Both the position numbers and the translations under genes were made by a program. 38,682 nucleotides of DNA, from NCBI GenBank assembly GCA_041492755.1, contig JBGPXN010000025.1, forward strand, positions 1 through 38,682. Reading direction: 5' to 3'. The number at the start of each line of letters is the position of its first letter. Position 1 is the first letter of the stretch. The stretch comes from Candidatus Methylomirabilia bacterium (lineage in GTDB: Bacteria > Methylomirabilota > Methylomirabilia > Rokubacteriales > CSP1-6). Positions 28,626-37,149 of this stretch are shown piece by piece. Below the pieces are notes generated by a model. It was given only the letters and a program-made list of their open reading frames with translations. It did no database searches and was not told the DNA's origin.

Positions 28626-30131
28626 GTGAGGCGGGAGCGGGATAGCCTGGGGATCAAGGCAGTGCCAGAGCGGGCGCTGTGGGGAGTGTTCACCCAGCGG
28701 GCGCTGGAGACGTTTCGGCTGTCCGGACATCCGGCCCATCCGGGCCTGATCCGGGCGTACGCACGGATCAAGCGGGCGGCGGCGCGCACCAATGCCCGTC
28801 TCGGGCTCCTGCCTCCACGGATGGCGCGGGCCATCATCGCGGCCGCGGACCGTGTGATCGCCGGCGAGGTAAAGGAGGCGTTTCCGCTCGACATCTTCCA
28901 GGCGGGGGCCGGGACGCCGACGCACATGAACGTCAACGAGGTGCTGGCCAACGTCGCCAACGAGCGGCTGGGCGGCCGGCGCGGCCATTACGCGCCCATC
29001 CATCCCAACGACCACGTCAACCTCGCCCAGTCCTCCAACGACGTCACCCCGACGGCGGTGCGGCTGATGGCGCTCGAGCTCGCGCGGCCGCTGGGGGAGG
29101 AGGTCCGGCGCCTGGAAGCGGAATTCCGGCGACTCGCCGGCCGGGAGGCCGGCACCCTGAAGCCGGGCCGTACGCACCTGCAAGACGCCGTGCCCATCAC
29201 CTACGGCCAGGTCTTCGCCGGATACGCCGAGGCCCTGCGGGCGGCGGCGCGCGCGGTGGACGTGGCCCTGGCCGAGCTTCGTGTGATCGGCCTCGGCGGG
29301 ACGGCCGTGGGTACGGGCCTCACGGCGCATCCGCGCTTCAGGACCATGGCCACGCGCGAGCTGAGCCGGTTGACCGGCGAGCGCCTCGCTCCTGCCCCGA
29401 GCCCCGTGGCCTCGGCGTGGAGCCTCCGACCGTTTGCCGGGTGCTCCGCGGCGCTCCGGGGCCTTGCGCTCGACCTCGGCAAGATCTGTTTCGATCTGCG
29501 GCTGCTCGCCTCCGGGCCCCAGGCGGGCCTCGACGAGCTTCGCCTCCCCGAGGTGGAGCCCGGCTCGTCGATCATGCCCGGCAAGGTGAATCCGTCGATA
29601 CCCGAGGCCGTCCAGATGGTGTGCTTCCAGGTGCGCGGCGCCGACCACGTCATCGCGCTGGCCGCGGCGGCGGGCGAGCTGGAGCTCAACGTGATGACGC
29701 CGGTGATCGCCTTCAATCTCGCCGAGAGCTTCGAGATGCTCACGCGAGCGGTCCGACTTCTGCGGGAGGGCTGCGTCGAGGGCCTCGCCGTGAACCGCGC
29801 GCGGGTCCGCGCCTGGTTGAACGGGAGCCGCGTGGAGGCAACGGCCCTGTCCCCCTATCTCGGGTACGAGGTCACGGCTGAGTTGGTGAAAGAAGCACTC
29901 GCGACGGGCCGGCCCCTGCGCGAGACGGTGGCAAAGCGCGGCCTGTTCGACCGGCGGAGCCTCGACCGTCTGCTCGCGCCGCGCGCCGTCACCGGCCCGC
30001 GGCCCCTCGACCGGGCGCTGCGGCGGCGGGTTCAAAGCTCGGCCGCCTACCGTGCGGCCCGCGCCGCTCTCGCCCTTCCGGCGCCCAACAAAAGGCTTGT
30101 TGCGCGTGGGAAGGGCGCCATACTCGGGTGA
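28626..30131 (+). CDS. Aspartate ammonia-lyase / class II fumarate hydratase family lyase
   Basis: RERDSLG, FQAGAGTPTHMNVNEV, HPNDHVNLAQSSND, GRTHLQDAVP, GSSIMPGKVNP signature. Confidence 0.93.
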   Translation: MRRERDSLGIKAVPERALWGVFTQRALETFRLSGHPAHPGLIRAYARIKRAAARTNARLGLLPPRMARAIIAAADRVIAGEVKEAFPLDIFQAGAGTPTHMNVNEVLANVANERLGGRRGHYAPIHPNDHVNLAQSSNDVTPTAVRLMALELARPLGEEVRRLEAEFRRLAGREAGTLKPGRTHLQDAVPITYGQVFAGYAEALRAAARAVDVALAELRVIGLGGTAVGTGLTAHPRFRTMATRELSRLTGERLAPAPSPVASAWSLRPFAGCSAALRGLALDLGKICFDLRLLASGPQAGLDELRLPEVEPGSSIMPGKVNPSIPEAVQMVCFQVRGADHVIALAAAAGELELNVMTPVIAFNLAESFEMLTRAVRLLREGCVEGLAVNRARVRAWLNGSRVEATALSPYLGYEVTAELVKEALATGRPLRETVAKRGLFDRRSLDRLLAPRAVTGPRPLDRALRRRVQSSAAYRAARAALALPAPNKRLVARGKGAILG

Positions 30132-31504
30132 CCATGCGCCCGATCTTCGTGTGCGCGGACGCGCTGTTGTGGACGCTGATGTCGGCGGCCGACGGCGCCA
30201 GCACGCGCGCCACGTTCGTCGTCGAGACGCCGAAGCTGCGGACGCGCATCGGCCGCCAGGGCGCGCGGGTCATCACCGGTGATCTCGAGGGCGAGGGTGT
30301 CTACCGGCGCGCTTTCAAGTCGGGCCTGGAGCCCGTGCTCATCGCGGTGCCGGCAGGGCGGCGCGGTCGGGTCGTGGCCGCGGTCCGGCGGGTCGCGCCG
30401 CAGGCGCCGCTGATCTCGCTCTCCGAGGAACGGCCGCCCGCGGAGGGGCTGCCCGGCGTGACGAGTCTGCCCCTGGCCAGCATCGCCGAGCGTGTCATCG
30501 AACCCGCGCTCGAGCGCGCCGTCCTCCTCGGGCGCGCCCGCGAGCTGCGCGCGCACTTCAAGGACGCCGAGCGGGTGCTCATCCTCTTACAGGACGATCC
30601 CGATCCCGACGCGATCGCGTCCGCGCTGGCGCTCCGCGTCCTCCTCGGCCGGACGAAGGCCGCGACGCCCATCGCGACGTTCGGCGCGATCACCCGCCCC
30701 GAGAACCGCACGATGACGCGCATCCTCGAGATCGAGGTCGAGACCATCACGCCGGCGGCCGTCGCCGAGTACGACCGGGTGGCCATGGTCGACGCCCAGC
30801 CGAGCTTCTTCGAGGAGACGCTGCCGGAGATCGACCTCGTCATCGATCATCATCCCGAGGACGCGCCCGTGCGCGCGCGCATCAAGGACGTGCGCCCGAG
30901 CTACGGCGCGACCTCGACGATCCTGTGGGAATACCTGCGCGCGGTCGACGCGAAGTTCACACCGCGGCTGGCCACCGCGCTCTTCTACGGCATCAAGGCC
31001 GACACCCAGTACCTCGAGCGGGGCACCGTCCGCGCGGACATGGAGGCGTTCACGTTCCTGCACGCGCACGCCAACCACGGCGCGCTTCGCCGCATCGAGC
31101 GCCCGGAGCTGCCGGACGCCGCGCTCGACGGGCTGGCCGCGGCCATCGGACGCCGCCGTCTCCTGGAGGGCGTCGTCTTCGTCCACGCCGGCGCCATCGC
31201 CTACCCGGAGCTGGTCGCCCAGTTCGCCGACTTCTTTCTCCAGGCGCAGGGCGCCGAGTGGTCGGTGGTGTCCGGAACCGCCGACGCGACGCTCTACGTG
31301 TCGGTCCGCAACGTCGGCTATGTCCGCGCGGCCGGCCCGGTGGTGCGCCGCGCGTTCGGCGACCTCGGCGGCGCGGGCGGGCACCGCACGATGGCGCGGG
31401 CGGTGATCCCGCTCAGCGAGTGGCGCGCGCGCGTCGGCGCCGCCACCGACGAGGCGATTCCGGACGCGATCGCGGCACGCTTCCTGCGCGCGCTGGAGGC
31501 GTGA
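30128..31504 (+). CDS. DHH family phosphoesterase (NrnA-like) with a degenerate N-terminal RCK/TrkA-N-like domain
   Basis: DPDPDAIASA, VIDHH, YGATSTI, YGIKADT, GGAGGHRTMA; GTG overlaps the lyase TGA. Confidence 0.85.
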   Translation: MTMRPIFVCADALLWTLMSAADGASTRATFVVETPKLRTRIGRQGARVITGDLEGEGVYRRAFKSGLEPVLIAVPAGRRGRVVAAVRRVAPQAPLISLSEERPPAEGLPGVTSLPLASIAERVIEPALERAVLLGRARELRAHFKDAERVLILLQDDPDPDAIASALALRVLLGRTKAATPIATFGAITRPENRTMTRILEIEVETITPAAVAEYDRVAMVDAQPSFFEETLPEIDLVIDHHPEDAPVRARIKDVRPSYGATSTILWEYLRAVDAKFTPRLATALFYGIKADTQYLERGTVRADMEAFTFLHAHANHGALRRIERPELPDAALDGLAAAIGRRRLLEGVVFVHAGAIAYPELVAQFADFFLQAQGAEWSVVSGTADATLYVSVRNVGYVRAAGPVVRRAFGDLGGAGGHRTMARAVIPLSEWRARVGAATDEAIPDAIAARFLRALEA

Positions 31505-31514
31505 GGCGGCGGCC

Positions 31515-32861
31515 ATGACCGAGACCGAGCGCCTGACCGAGTCGATCAAGGAGCTGCTCTCGAGCGGCCGCGACGAGCGCCTCGCCGCCGCGCTCGAGGA
31601 CGCTCACCCGGCCGACGTGTCATCCGTCGTCCGCGAGATCCCGCTGCCCGACCAGGTGCGGGTGTTCCGTCTCCTGTCGCCGCCGCACGCCGGCGCCGTC
31701 CTCTCCGAGCTCGACGATCCGACGCGCCTCGACTTGATGCGCGCGCTGGACGAGACCGAGGTCTCCCGCATCCTCGACCAGATGCCGACCGACCACGTCG
31801 TCGAAGTGGTCGAGGAGCTGCCGCCGGAGGAGGCCGAGAAGATCCTCGACCTCATGAAGGAGGAGAAGTCCGAGGAGGTCCAGGAGCTCCTCGAGTATCC
31901 CGACGGCTCGGCCGGCCGCCTGATGTCCCCGAACTTCATCGCCGTCCACGAGACGGCCACGGTGGCGCAGGCCATCGAGCACATCCGCAAGTCGGTCACG
32001 GGCGACGACGCCTTCTACCTCTACGTGGTCGACGATCACGATCACCTCGTCGGCCTGGTGCCCCTGCATCGTTTGGTCACGGCCGATCCGCGCACGCCCG
32101 TGCGCGCCATCCGCGACGACGACGTGCAAAGCGTGACCGTCGACACCGATCAGGAAGAGGTGGCGCGGGTCGTCCAGCGCTACAACGTGCTCGAGGTCCC
32201 GGTCGTCGACGCCAATCGCCGTTTGCTCGGCACCATCGGCGTCGAGGACGTGATCGACGTCATCCAGGAGGAGGCGACCGAGGACATCCAGCGCCTCGGC
32301 GGCGCCACCGGCGACGAGACCGTGCTCGATCCGCCCCGCGCCGTCTTCACCAAGCGCCTCGTGTGGCGGATGATCAACCTCGGCACGGCCCTCCTGGCCG
32401 CGTCGGTGATCGGGCTCTTCGAGCCGGCGATCCAGGCGTTGGCCACGCTGGCCGTCTTCATGCCGATCGTGGCGTCGATGGGCGGCATCGGCACGACGCA
32501 GACCGCCACCATCGTCATTCGGGGGATCGCGCTCGGTGACGTCACCGGAGGCGTGCTGCGGCGCGTGCTGATGAAAGAGTTGTGGCTGGGTCTTACCACC
32601 GGTATCGCCAACGGCGTGATCCTTGCTGTCATCGCTTACGCATGGAAGGGGCGGCTCCTGCTGTCCGTGATCCTCGGCGTTGCCCTTGTTTTCAACATGA
32701 TGGTGGCGGCGGTGGTCGGCACGCTCGTCCCCATCGCGCTGCGCTGGTTCCGGATCGACCCCGCGATCGCGTCGAGCGTGATCGTCACGACGTTCACCGA
32801 CGTGTGCGGCTTCTTCTCGTTTCTCGGCCTCGCCACGCTGCTGCTGACGTTCCTGACCTGA
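31515..32861 (+). CDS. mgtE: Magnesium transporter MgtE
   Basis: HPAD N-domain, SAGRLMS CBS pair, TDQEEVA, MPIVASMGG, IDPAIASSVIVTTFTDVCG. Confidence 0.95.
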   Translation: MTETERLTESIKELLSSGRDERLAAALEDAHPADVSSVVREIPLPDQVRVFRLLSPPHAGAVLSELDDPTRLDLMRALDETEVSRILDQMPTDHVVEVVEELPPEEAEKILDLMKEEKSEEVQELLEYPDGSAGRLMSPNFIAVHETATVAQAIEHIRKSVTGDDAFYLYVVDDHDHLVGLVPLHRLVTADPRTPVRAIRDDDVQSVTVDTDQEEVARVVQRYNVLEVPVVDANRRLLGTIGVEDVIDVIQEEATEDIQRLGGATGDETVLDPPRAVFTKRLVWRMINLGTALLAASVIGLFEPAIQALATLAVFMPIVASMGGIGTTQTATIVIRGIALGDVTGGVLRRVLMKELWLGLTTGIANGVILAVIAYAWKGRLLLSVILGVALVFNMMVAAVVGTLVPIALRWFRIDPAIASSVIVTTFTDVCGFFSFLGLATLLLTFLT

Positions 32862-32865
32862 TTTC

Positions 32866-33028
32866 ATCGGGGGCCCCGATATGGCCCCCGATACCCCCAA
32901 CGTTCGACGCGCCCCGGCGAAGCCGTGGCGCGTCTCGACTGTACGCTGATCTTTTCCGGGCCCCGAAATGGCCCCCACACCCCCGGCGTAGCCGTGGCGC
33001 ACCTCGACTCTACGCTGAGCTTTTCCGG
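32866..33028. repeat. Two tandem copies of a REP-like palindromic unit
   Basis: GGGCCCCGA(T/A)ATGGCCCCC ... CCCCGGCG(A/T)AGCCGTGGCGC..CTCGACT(G/C)TACGCTGA.CTTTTCCGG occurs twice; the second copy has an internal deletion. Confidence 0.75.
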
Positions 33029-33151
33029 CGTTCCGTGGCTGCTTCTGCGCGGAAAAGCCGCTTGGCAACGCCGAGCGGCAGCGGGTAAGATACCCCGACG
33101 ATTCGGCCGGTGCCGGACCGTCCTCCAATCCGAGCTGCCGGAGGTACACAC

Positions 33152-33778
33152 GTGGACGTAGTGCTGGAGAAGAGGCAGGTCGAACGGGCGTACGAGTTCT
33201 ATGCTCCCGTGTACGATTTCGTCTTTGACTGGGTCTTCGCTCCCGGCCGCGTGTCCGCGATCAAGCATCTGCACCTGCAGCCCGGGGACCGCGTGCTGGA
33301 AGTCGGGATCGGCACCGCGCTCAACCTGCCGCTCTATCCGCCCGCCGTCCGACTCACCGGCATCGATCTCTCGCAGGAGATGCTCGACAAGGCGATCGAG
33401 CGCGTCCAGAACCTCGCCATGCGCCACGTGGTCCTCAAGGTCATGGACGCGACGGCGATGGACCTTCCGGAGAACGCCTTCGAAAAAGCCGTCGCCACCT
33501 ACACCATCTCCGCCGTCCCCGATCCGCTCGCCGTGCTGCGCGAGATGCGCCGCGTCGTCAAGCCCGATGGCATCATCGTCATCCTCAATCATTTCCGGAG
33601 CGACCGCGCGTTCCGCCACTTCGAGGACTTCATGGCGCCGATCTGTACCCGCCTGGGGTGGAAATCGAACCTCGAGATGGCCCCGTTGCTGAAGCAAGCC
33701 GGCCTGACCCCCGAGGTGGTGCTGCGGGTCAATCTCCTGAACGGGTGGCGCCTCGTGAAGTGCATCAACCGGAAGTAG
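33152..33778 (+). CDS. Class I SAM methyltransferase, phospholipid N-methyltransferase (PmtA)-like
   Basis: GGAGG RBS then GTG; AYEFYAPVYD, VLEVGIGTA, GIDLSQEML, VMDA, LNHF. Confidence 0.82.
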   Translation: MDVVLEKRQVERAYEFYAPVYDFVFDWVFAPGRVSAIKHLHLQPGDRVLEVGIGTALNLPLYPPAVRLTGIDLSQEMLDKAIERVQNLAMRHVVLKVMDATAMDLPENAFEKAVATYTISAVPDPLAVLREMRRVVKPDGIIVILNHFRSDRAFRHFEDFMAPICTRLGWKSNLEMAPLLKQAGLTPEVVLRVNLLNGWRLVKCINRK

Positions 33779-34743
33779 CCCGGCTCCTCCTCCTCGTCCT
33801 CGCCGCGCTCCTCGCTCTTCCGGTCCTGACCGCCGTACCGCCTGCCATCTTCGCCGGCGCGTTCTTGCTCGAGTTCGGCACCGCCGGCGCAATGCCCGCG
33901 CTCTCGTACCTCACCGACGCACCGGTGCGACAACCGTTTCCGTTGCCGGGCGCCGCGGCCGATCGCTACGCCGCGCCCGGCGTATTCCCCGGCCGCGCGC
34001 TCGTCCTGGTCCCCGGATTCACGCCTCACGGCAAAGACGACGCCCGCGCCCAGGAAGCCGGCGCCCTGCTCGCCCGCGCCGGCTTCGACGTCATGGTCCC
34101 GACGCTGCCGGGGTTGATGCGCGGGCGGCTGCGGCCGGACGACGTGGAGCCGGTGGTGGCGGCACTGGCGGCGCGACCTGAGCCGACGACGATCATCGCG
34201 GTCAGCGTCGGTGCCGGCCCCGCCCTCCTCGCCGCGGCCGATCCGCGCGTGCGCGATCGCGTGACGACCGTGGTCACGCTCGGCGGCTACGCGTCCGCGC
34301 GCGAGCTGGTGCGCTTCTTCGTCACCGGCGAATACGAGTTCGGTGAGATCCGTGGGCGCGTGCGCCACGATCCCGAGCTGGTGCGGATGTTCGTGGAGGT
34401 GAACGCCGACCTGCTGGATCCGGACACCGGCCCTGCGGATCGCGTGACGAGCCTCCTGCAACGTCTGCCGCCAACTACGCTGGCGTTACTCGACCGTCTG
34501 TCCCCGCTCCGCGTCGCCGCCGATATCCCGGCACGGCTCGTCTTGATCCACGGGCGCAGCGACCGGGCCGTGCCATTCACCGAGAGCCTGCGCCTGGCGG
34601 CTGCGCGTCCTCAACGTACGGAGGTGCTCCTGGTCAGCCTGTTCGAGCACCTGGAAGGCGCCGGCGGCTTCGCGCCGTGGAACGAGGCGCGCGATTTCGC
34701 GCGGCTCTGGACGGTGGTCTACGCGTTACTCGCCGCGGGCTGA
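33760..34743 (+). CDS. Membrane-anchored alpha/beta hydrolase fold protein (start uncertain)
   Basis: N-terminal hydrophobic segment, nucleophile elbow AVSVGAG, LIHGRSDRAVP, LFEH. Confidence 0.7.
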   Translation: MHQPEVARLLLLVLAALLALPVLTAVPPAIFAGAFLLEFGTAGAMPALSYLTDAPVRQPFPLPGAAADRYAAPGVFPGRALVLVPGFTPHGKDDARAQEAGALLARAGFDVMVPTLPGLMRGRLRPDDVEPVVAALAARPEPTTIIAVSVGAGPALLAAADPRVRDRVTTVVTLGGYASARELVRFFVTGEYEFGEIRGRVRHDPELVRMFVEVNADLLDPDTGPADRVTSLLQRLPPTTLALLDRLSPLRVAADIPARLVLIHGRSDRAVPFTESLRLAAARPQRTEVLLVSLFEHLEGAGGFAPWNEARDFARLWTVVYALLAAG

Positions 34744-34759
34744 GCCGTCGGATGCCGGA

Positions 34760-35072
34760 TCAGATCAAGGCGCTCTTCCCGTCGCTTCCCGGCCGCTGCA
34801 CGCCCCACGCGGAGACCTTCGCGAGCACGGTGTTGCGGTGGACGCCGAGCAGGCGGGCGGCGCGGCTCATGTTCCACTGCACGCGCTCGAGGACGCGCAG
34901 CACGTACTGGCGCTCGAACTGATCGCACGCCTCGCGTAACGGCAGGCCGGCGTCCTCGGTGAGCCCGGAGCCGGCGGCGGGGAGGCTGACGTCGAGCGGA
35001 ACGTCGTGGAGCTGGATCACCGGCGCCGTGGCCAGCACCACCGCGCGGTGGTTGCTCTTCGGACGACACCAC
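34760..35072 (-). pseudogene. Remnant of a sigma54-dependent Fis-family activator (C-terminal HTH only)
   Basis: RAVVLATAPVI...LREACDQFERQYVLRVLERVQWNMSRAARLLGVHRNTV matches the end of an AAA+ lid plus HTH_8. No GAFTGA, Walker or receiver motifs. The RBS-backed GTG at 35072 is in another frame. Confidence 0.7.
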
Positions 35073-35337
35073 GCCAACCTCCTATGGGAGCGGAGGTGGA
35101 ACAAGCGGCCTGACCTCCACGCGCGTAATGCGATTGATGCCTACATCGACCCGAATTTAAATAGTTGCTCGTGGCCGGAAGTGACTCGCGCTCTGTGTCA
35201 TTCGCGCCCTCGAACTCGCCCGCTTTCTGAGCGGGAGCATTGGAGTTCCTCATTCGAACGAGCAAGTCAGGTTGAGACAGGGCAGGTGGTGTACCTTGAC
35301 GGCAAGGGGATCGACAAATGCGCAGACTCCGAAGCTC

Positions 35338-35913
35338 GTGAGAAGCTGGTTGCTGTTGGGCGCGTTGCTGGCCGGCGTACTCGTTGGAGCCAGCGCGGCT
35401 ACAGCCCTGGAGGTCGGGGAGAAGGCGCCGGACTTTACGCTCCCCGGCACGACGGGGGAGAAGATCAGCTTGAGCCAGTTCCGGGGCAACAAGCTGGTTC
35501 TCATCGAGTTCTACGTCGGCGAATCCCCAACGTGAGCGGCGAACCTGTCGACCAGGAAGGTCGACTATGGCAGGTTCCGCGACTTAAACGTCCAGATTCT
35601 CGGGATCAGCGCTGACCACACCTTCGCACAACAGACATTTGCGGAGTCGCTGAAGCTCCCGTACCCGCTCCTCAGCGACTCTCCGGACCTCCAGGTTATC
35701 CGGAATTACGGCGTCCTGTGGCCCGACCAGATTGGCCCCCTGAAGGACACCGGTGTGGTGGTCGAGCATCGACCGAATACGGCTGCACGGCGGGCGTTCT
35801 TCCTGGTGGATCAGCGGGGGATCGTCCGGGGGAAGTGGTTGATCGCGAACAACGCCGTTTTCCCCAGCGAGGACATACTCAAGGTCGCGCGCGAGATGAC
35901 TGGGAAGCAGTAG
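35338..35913 (+). CDS. Exported peroxiredoxin-like (AhpC/TSA, BCP/AhpE-like) selenoprotein 1; TGA 35533-35535 read as Sec
   Basis: Signal peptide, then [93 protein letters not shown], open to TAG 35911-35913. A hairpin follows the TGA. Confidence 0.85.
35536..35580 (+). promoter_or_regulatory. Candidate bacterial SECIS element 1
   Basis: Upper stem GTCGACC/GGTCGAC (35547-35553/35559-35565) closes loop AGGAA, which starts 18 nt after the UGA. A lower stem can form between GAACCTG and CAGGTTC. Confidence 0.75.
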
Positions 35914-35965
35914 GATGCAGCGCCCAAGAACGAACACCGACACTTTCGCGGAGGAGGACCCAGAC

Positions 35966-36529
35966 ATGGTGACCTTCGTCAGTCGAACGCTTGGGGCCGT
36001 GCTGCTGGCAACTGTACTGGGACTGACCTTGGTCGCCGTCGGTCCAGGACCGGCGAGAGCGGTGGAGGTCGGCGAGCCGGCACCCGCCTTCACGCTGCCG
36101 AGCACCACTGGTGCCGACATCTCGCTGAGCGACTTTCGGGGGAAGAAGTGGGTGCTCCTCGAGTTCTACGGCGCCGACTTCGTTCCGACGTGAGCGGCGA
36201 ACCTGTTGGCCAGGAAGGCCAGCTATAAGAGCTTCGAAGACCTGAGCATCCAGAACCTCGCCGCCAGCGCGAACTTGACCTTCTCGCAGCAGACGTTCGC
36301 CGAATCGCTGAAGCTGCCGTTCCCGCTGCTCAGCGACTTCCCCGACCGGAAGCTCATGCGCAGCTACGGGGTCTTCAATGAGAAAAACATGTTGGCGTAC
36401 AGGTCGTTTTTTCTGATTGATCCGCAGGGCATCATCCGCAAGAAGTGGATCATCGAGAACGGCGGGTCGACGGTTGTGTATAGCGACACCCTCCTGCGGG
36501 ATATCCGAGAGGTGATCGGCAAGCGCTGA
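35966..36529 (+). CDS. Exported peroxiredoxin-like selenoprotein 2; TGA 36191-36193 read as Sec
   Basis: GGAGGAGG RBS, signal peptide (ARA/V), [62 protein letters not shown]. ORFs 35915-36193 and 36206-36529 are in the same frame. Confidence 0.88.
36194..36236 (+). promoter_or_regulatory. Candidate bacterial SECIS element 2
   Basis: Stem GTTGGCC/GGCCAGC (36205-36211/36217-36223) has the same AGGAA loop at the same 18-nt distance from the UGA as element 1, with compensatory pair changes. Confidence 0.75.
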
Positions 36530-36531
36530 CC

Positions 36532-37149
36532 ATGGCACCGGGCGCCCCGGCGGCGATGGACGCATGGCCGCCCGCCTGGCTCGCCGCCCGGGCGGGGCTG
36601 CTCGCCTTCGGCCTGCTCGCCGCCGCCCTCGCCGGTGCCGCGAGCGCCGACGAGCCGGCGCTGGCCGCTCTTCTCAAGACCCTCGACCTCCGTGGCTATA
36701 CCTCCCGCACGGCGCCTCCCCAGTTCAGTGGCAGCACGCTCGACGCCCGGCAACTGTCAATGACGGAGTACCGAGGGACGGTCATTGTTCTGACCTTCTG
36801 GGCGAGCTGGTGTCTGGAGTGTCGGGTAGACATGCCCGCGCTGGAGCGGCTCCAGCGCGAGTTCTCGTCGCGGGGATTCGCGATCATCGGGGTCAATGCC
36901 CGGGAGAACAAGGAGGCCGTCAGGCGCTACGCCAAGGAGCTGGGCCTGACGTTCCCACTCGTATTGGATCCGAACGGCAAGATCAATGCTCTGTACGGTG
37001 TCATTGGGCTTCCGACGACGTTTGTCGTCGGCCGGGATGGACGCGCCATCGCCTTTGCCATCGGACCTCGCCAGTGGGAGAGTGCGCCGGCCCGCGCGCT
37101 CATCGCGGCGCTGCTGGCCGAGCCGGCCCCAGGTCCGGCCCCCCGATGA
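36532..37149 (+). CDS. TlpA/ResA family thiol-disulfide oxidoreductase, exported
   Basis: Signal/TM segment, FWASWCLEC, LTFPLVLD, YGVIGLPTTFVVGRDG. Confidence 0.9.
   Translation: MAPGAPAAMDAWPPAWLAARAGLLAFGLLAAALAGAASADEPALAALLKTLDLRGYTSRTAPPQFSGSTLDARQLSMTEYRGTVIVLTFWASWCLECRVDMPALERLQREFSSRGFAIIGVNARENKEAVRRYAKELGLTFPLVLDPNGKINALYGVIGLPTTFVVGRDGRAIAFAIGPRQWESAPARALIAALLAEPAPGPAPR

Noticed and set aside
18660..33028. CRISPR array interpretation of the intergenic repeats at 18.7, 28.5 and 32.9 kb
   Set aside because: There are only 2-3 units, no regular unique spacers, and no cas genes in the window.
35533..36193. TGA as Trp/Gly (alternative genetic code) or as nonsense mutations in pseudogenes
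   Set aside because: TGA ends many ordinary genes here, often in ATGA/GTGA overlaps, and Trp is encoded by TGG. An identical stop position in two diverged paralogues plus the co-varying hairpin argues against decay.
36206..36529. Independent 107-aa gene starting at TTG 36206
   Set aside because: It has no RBS and the TTG lies inside the SECIS-like stem. It is the C-terminal half of the thioredoxin fold begun at 35966.
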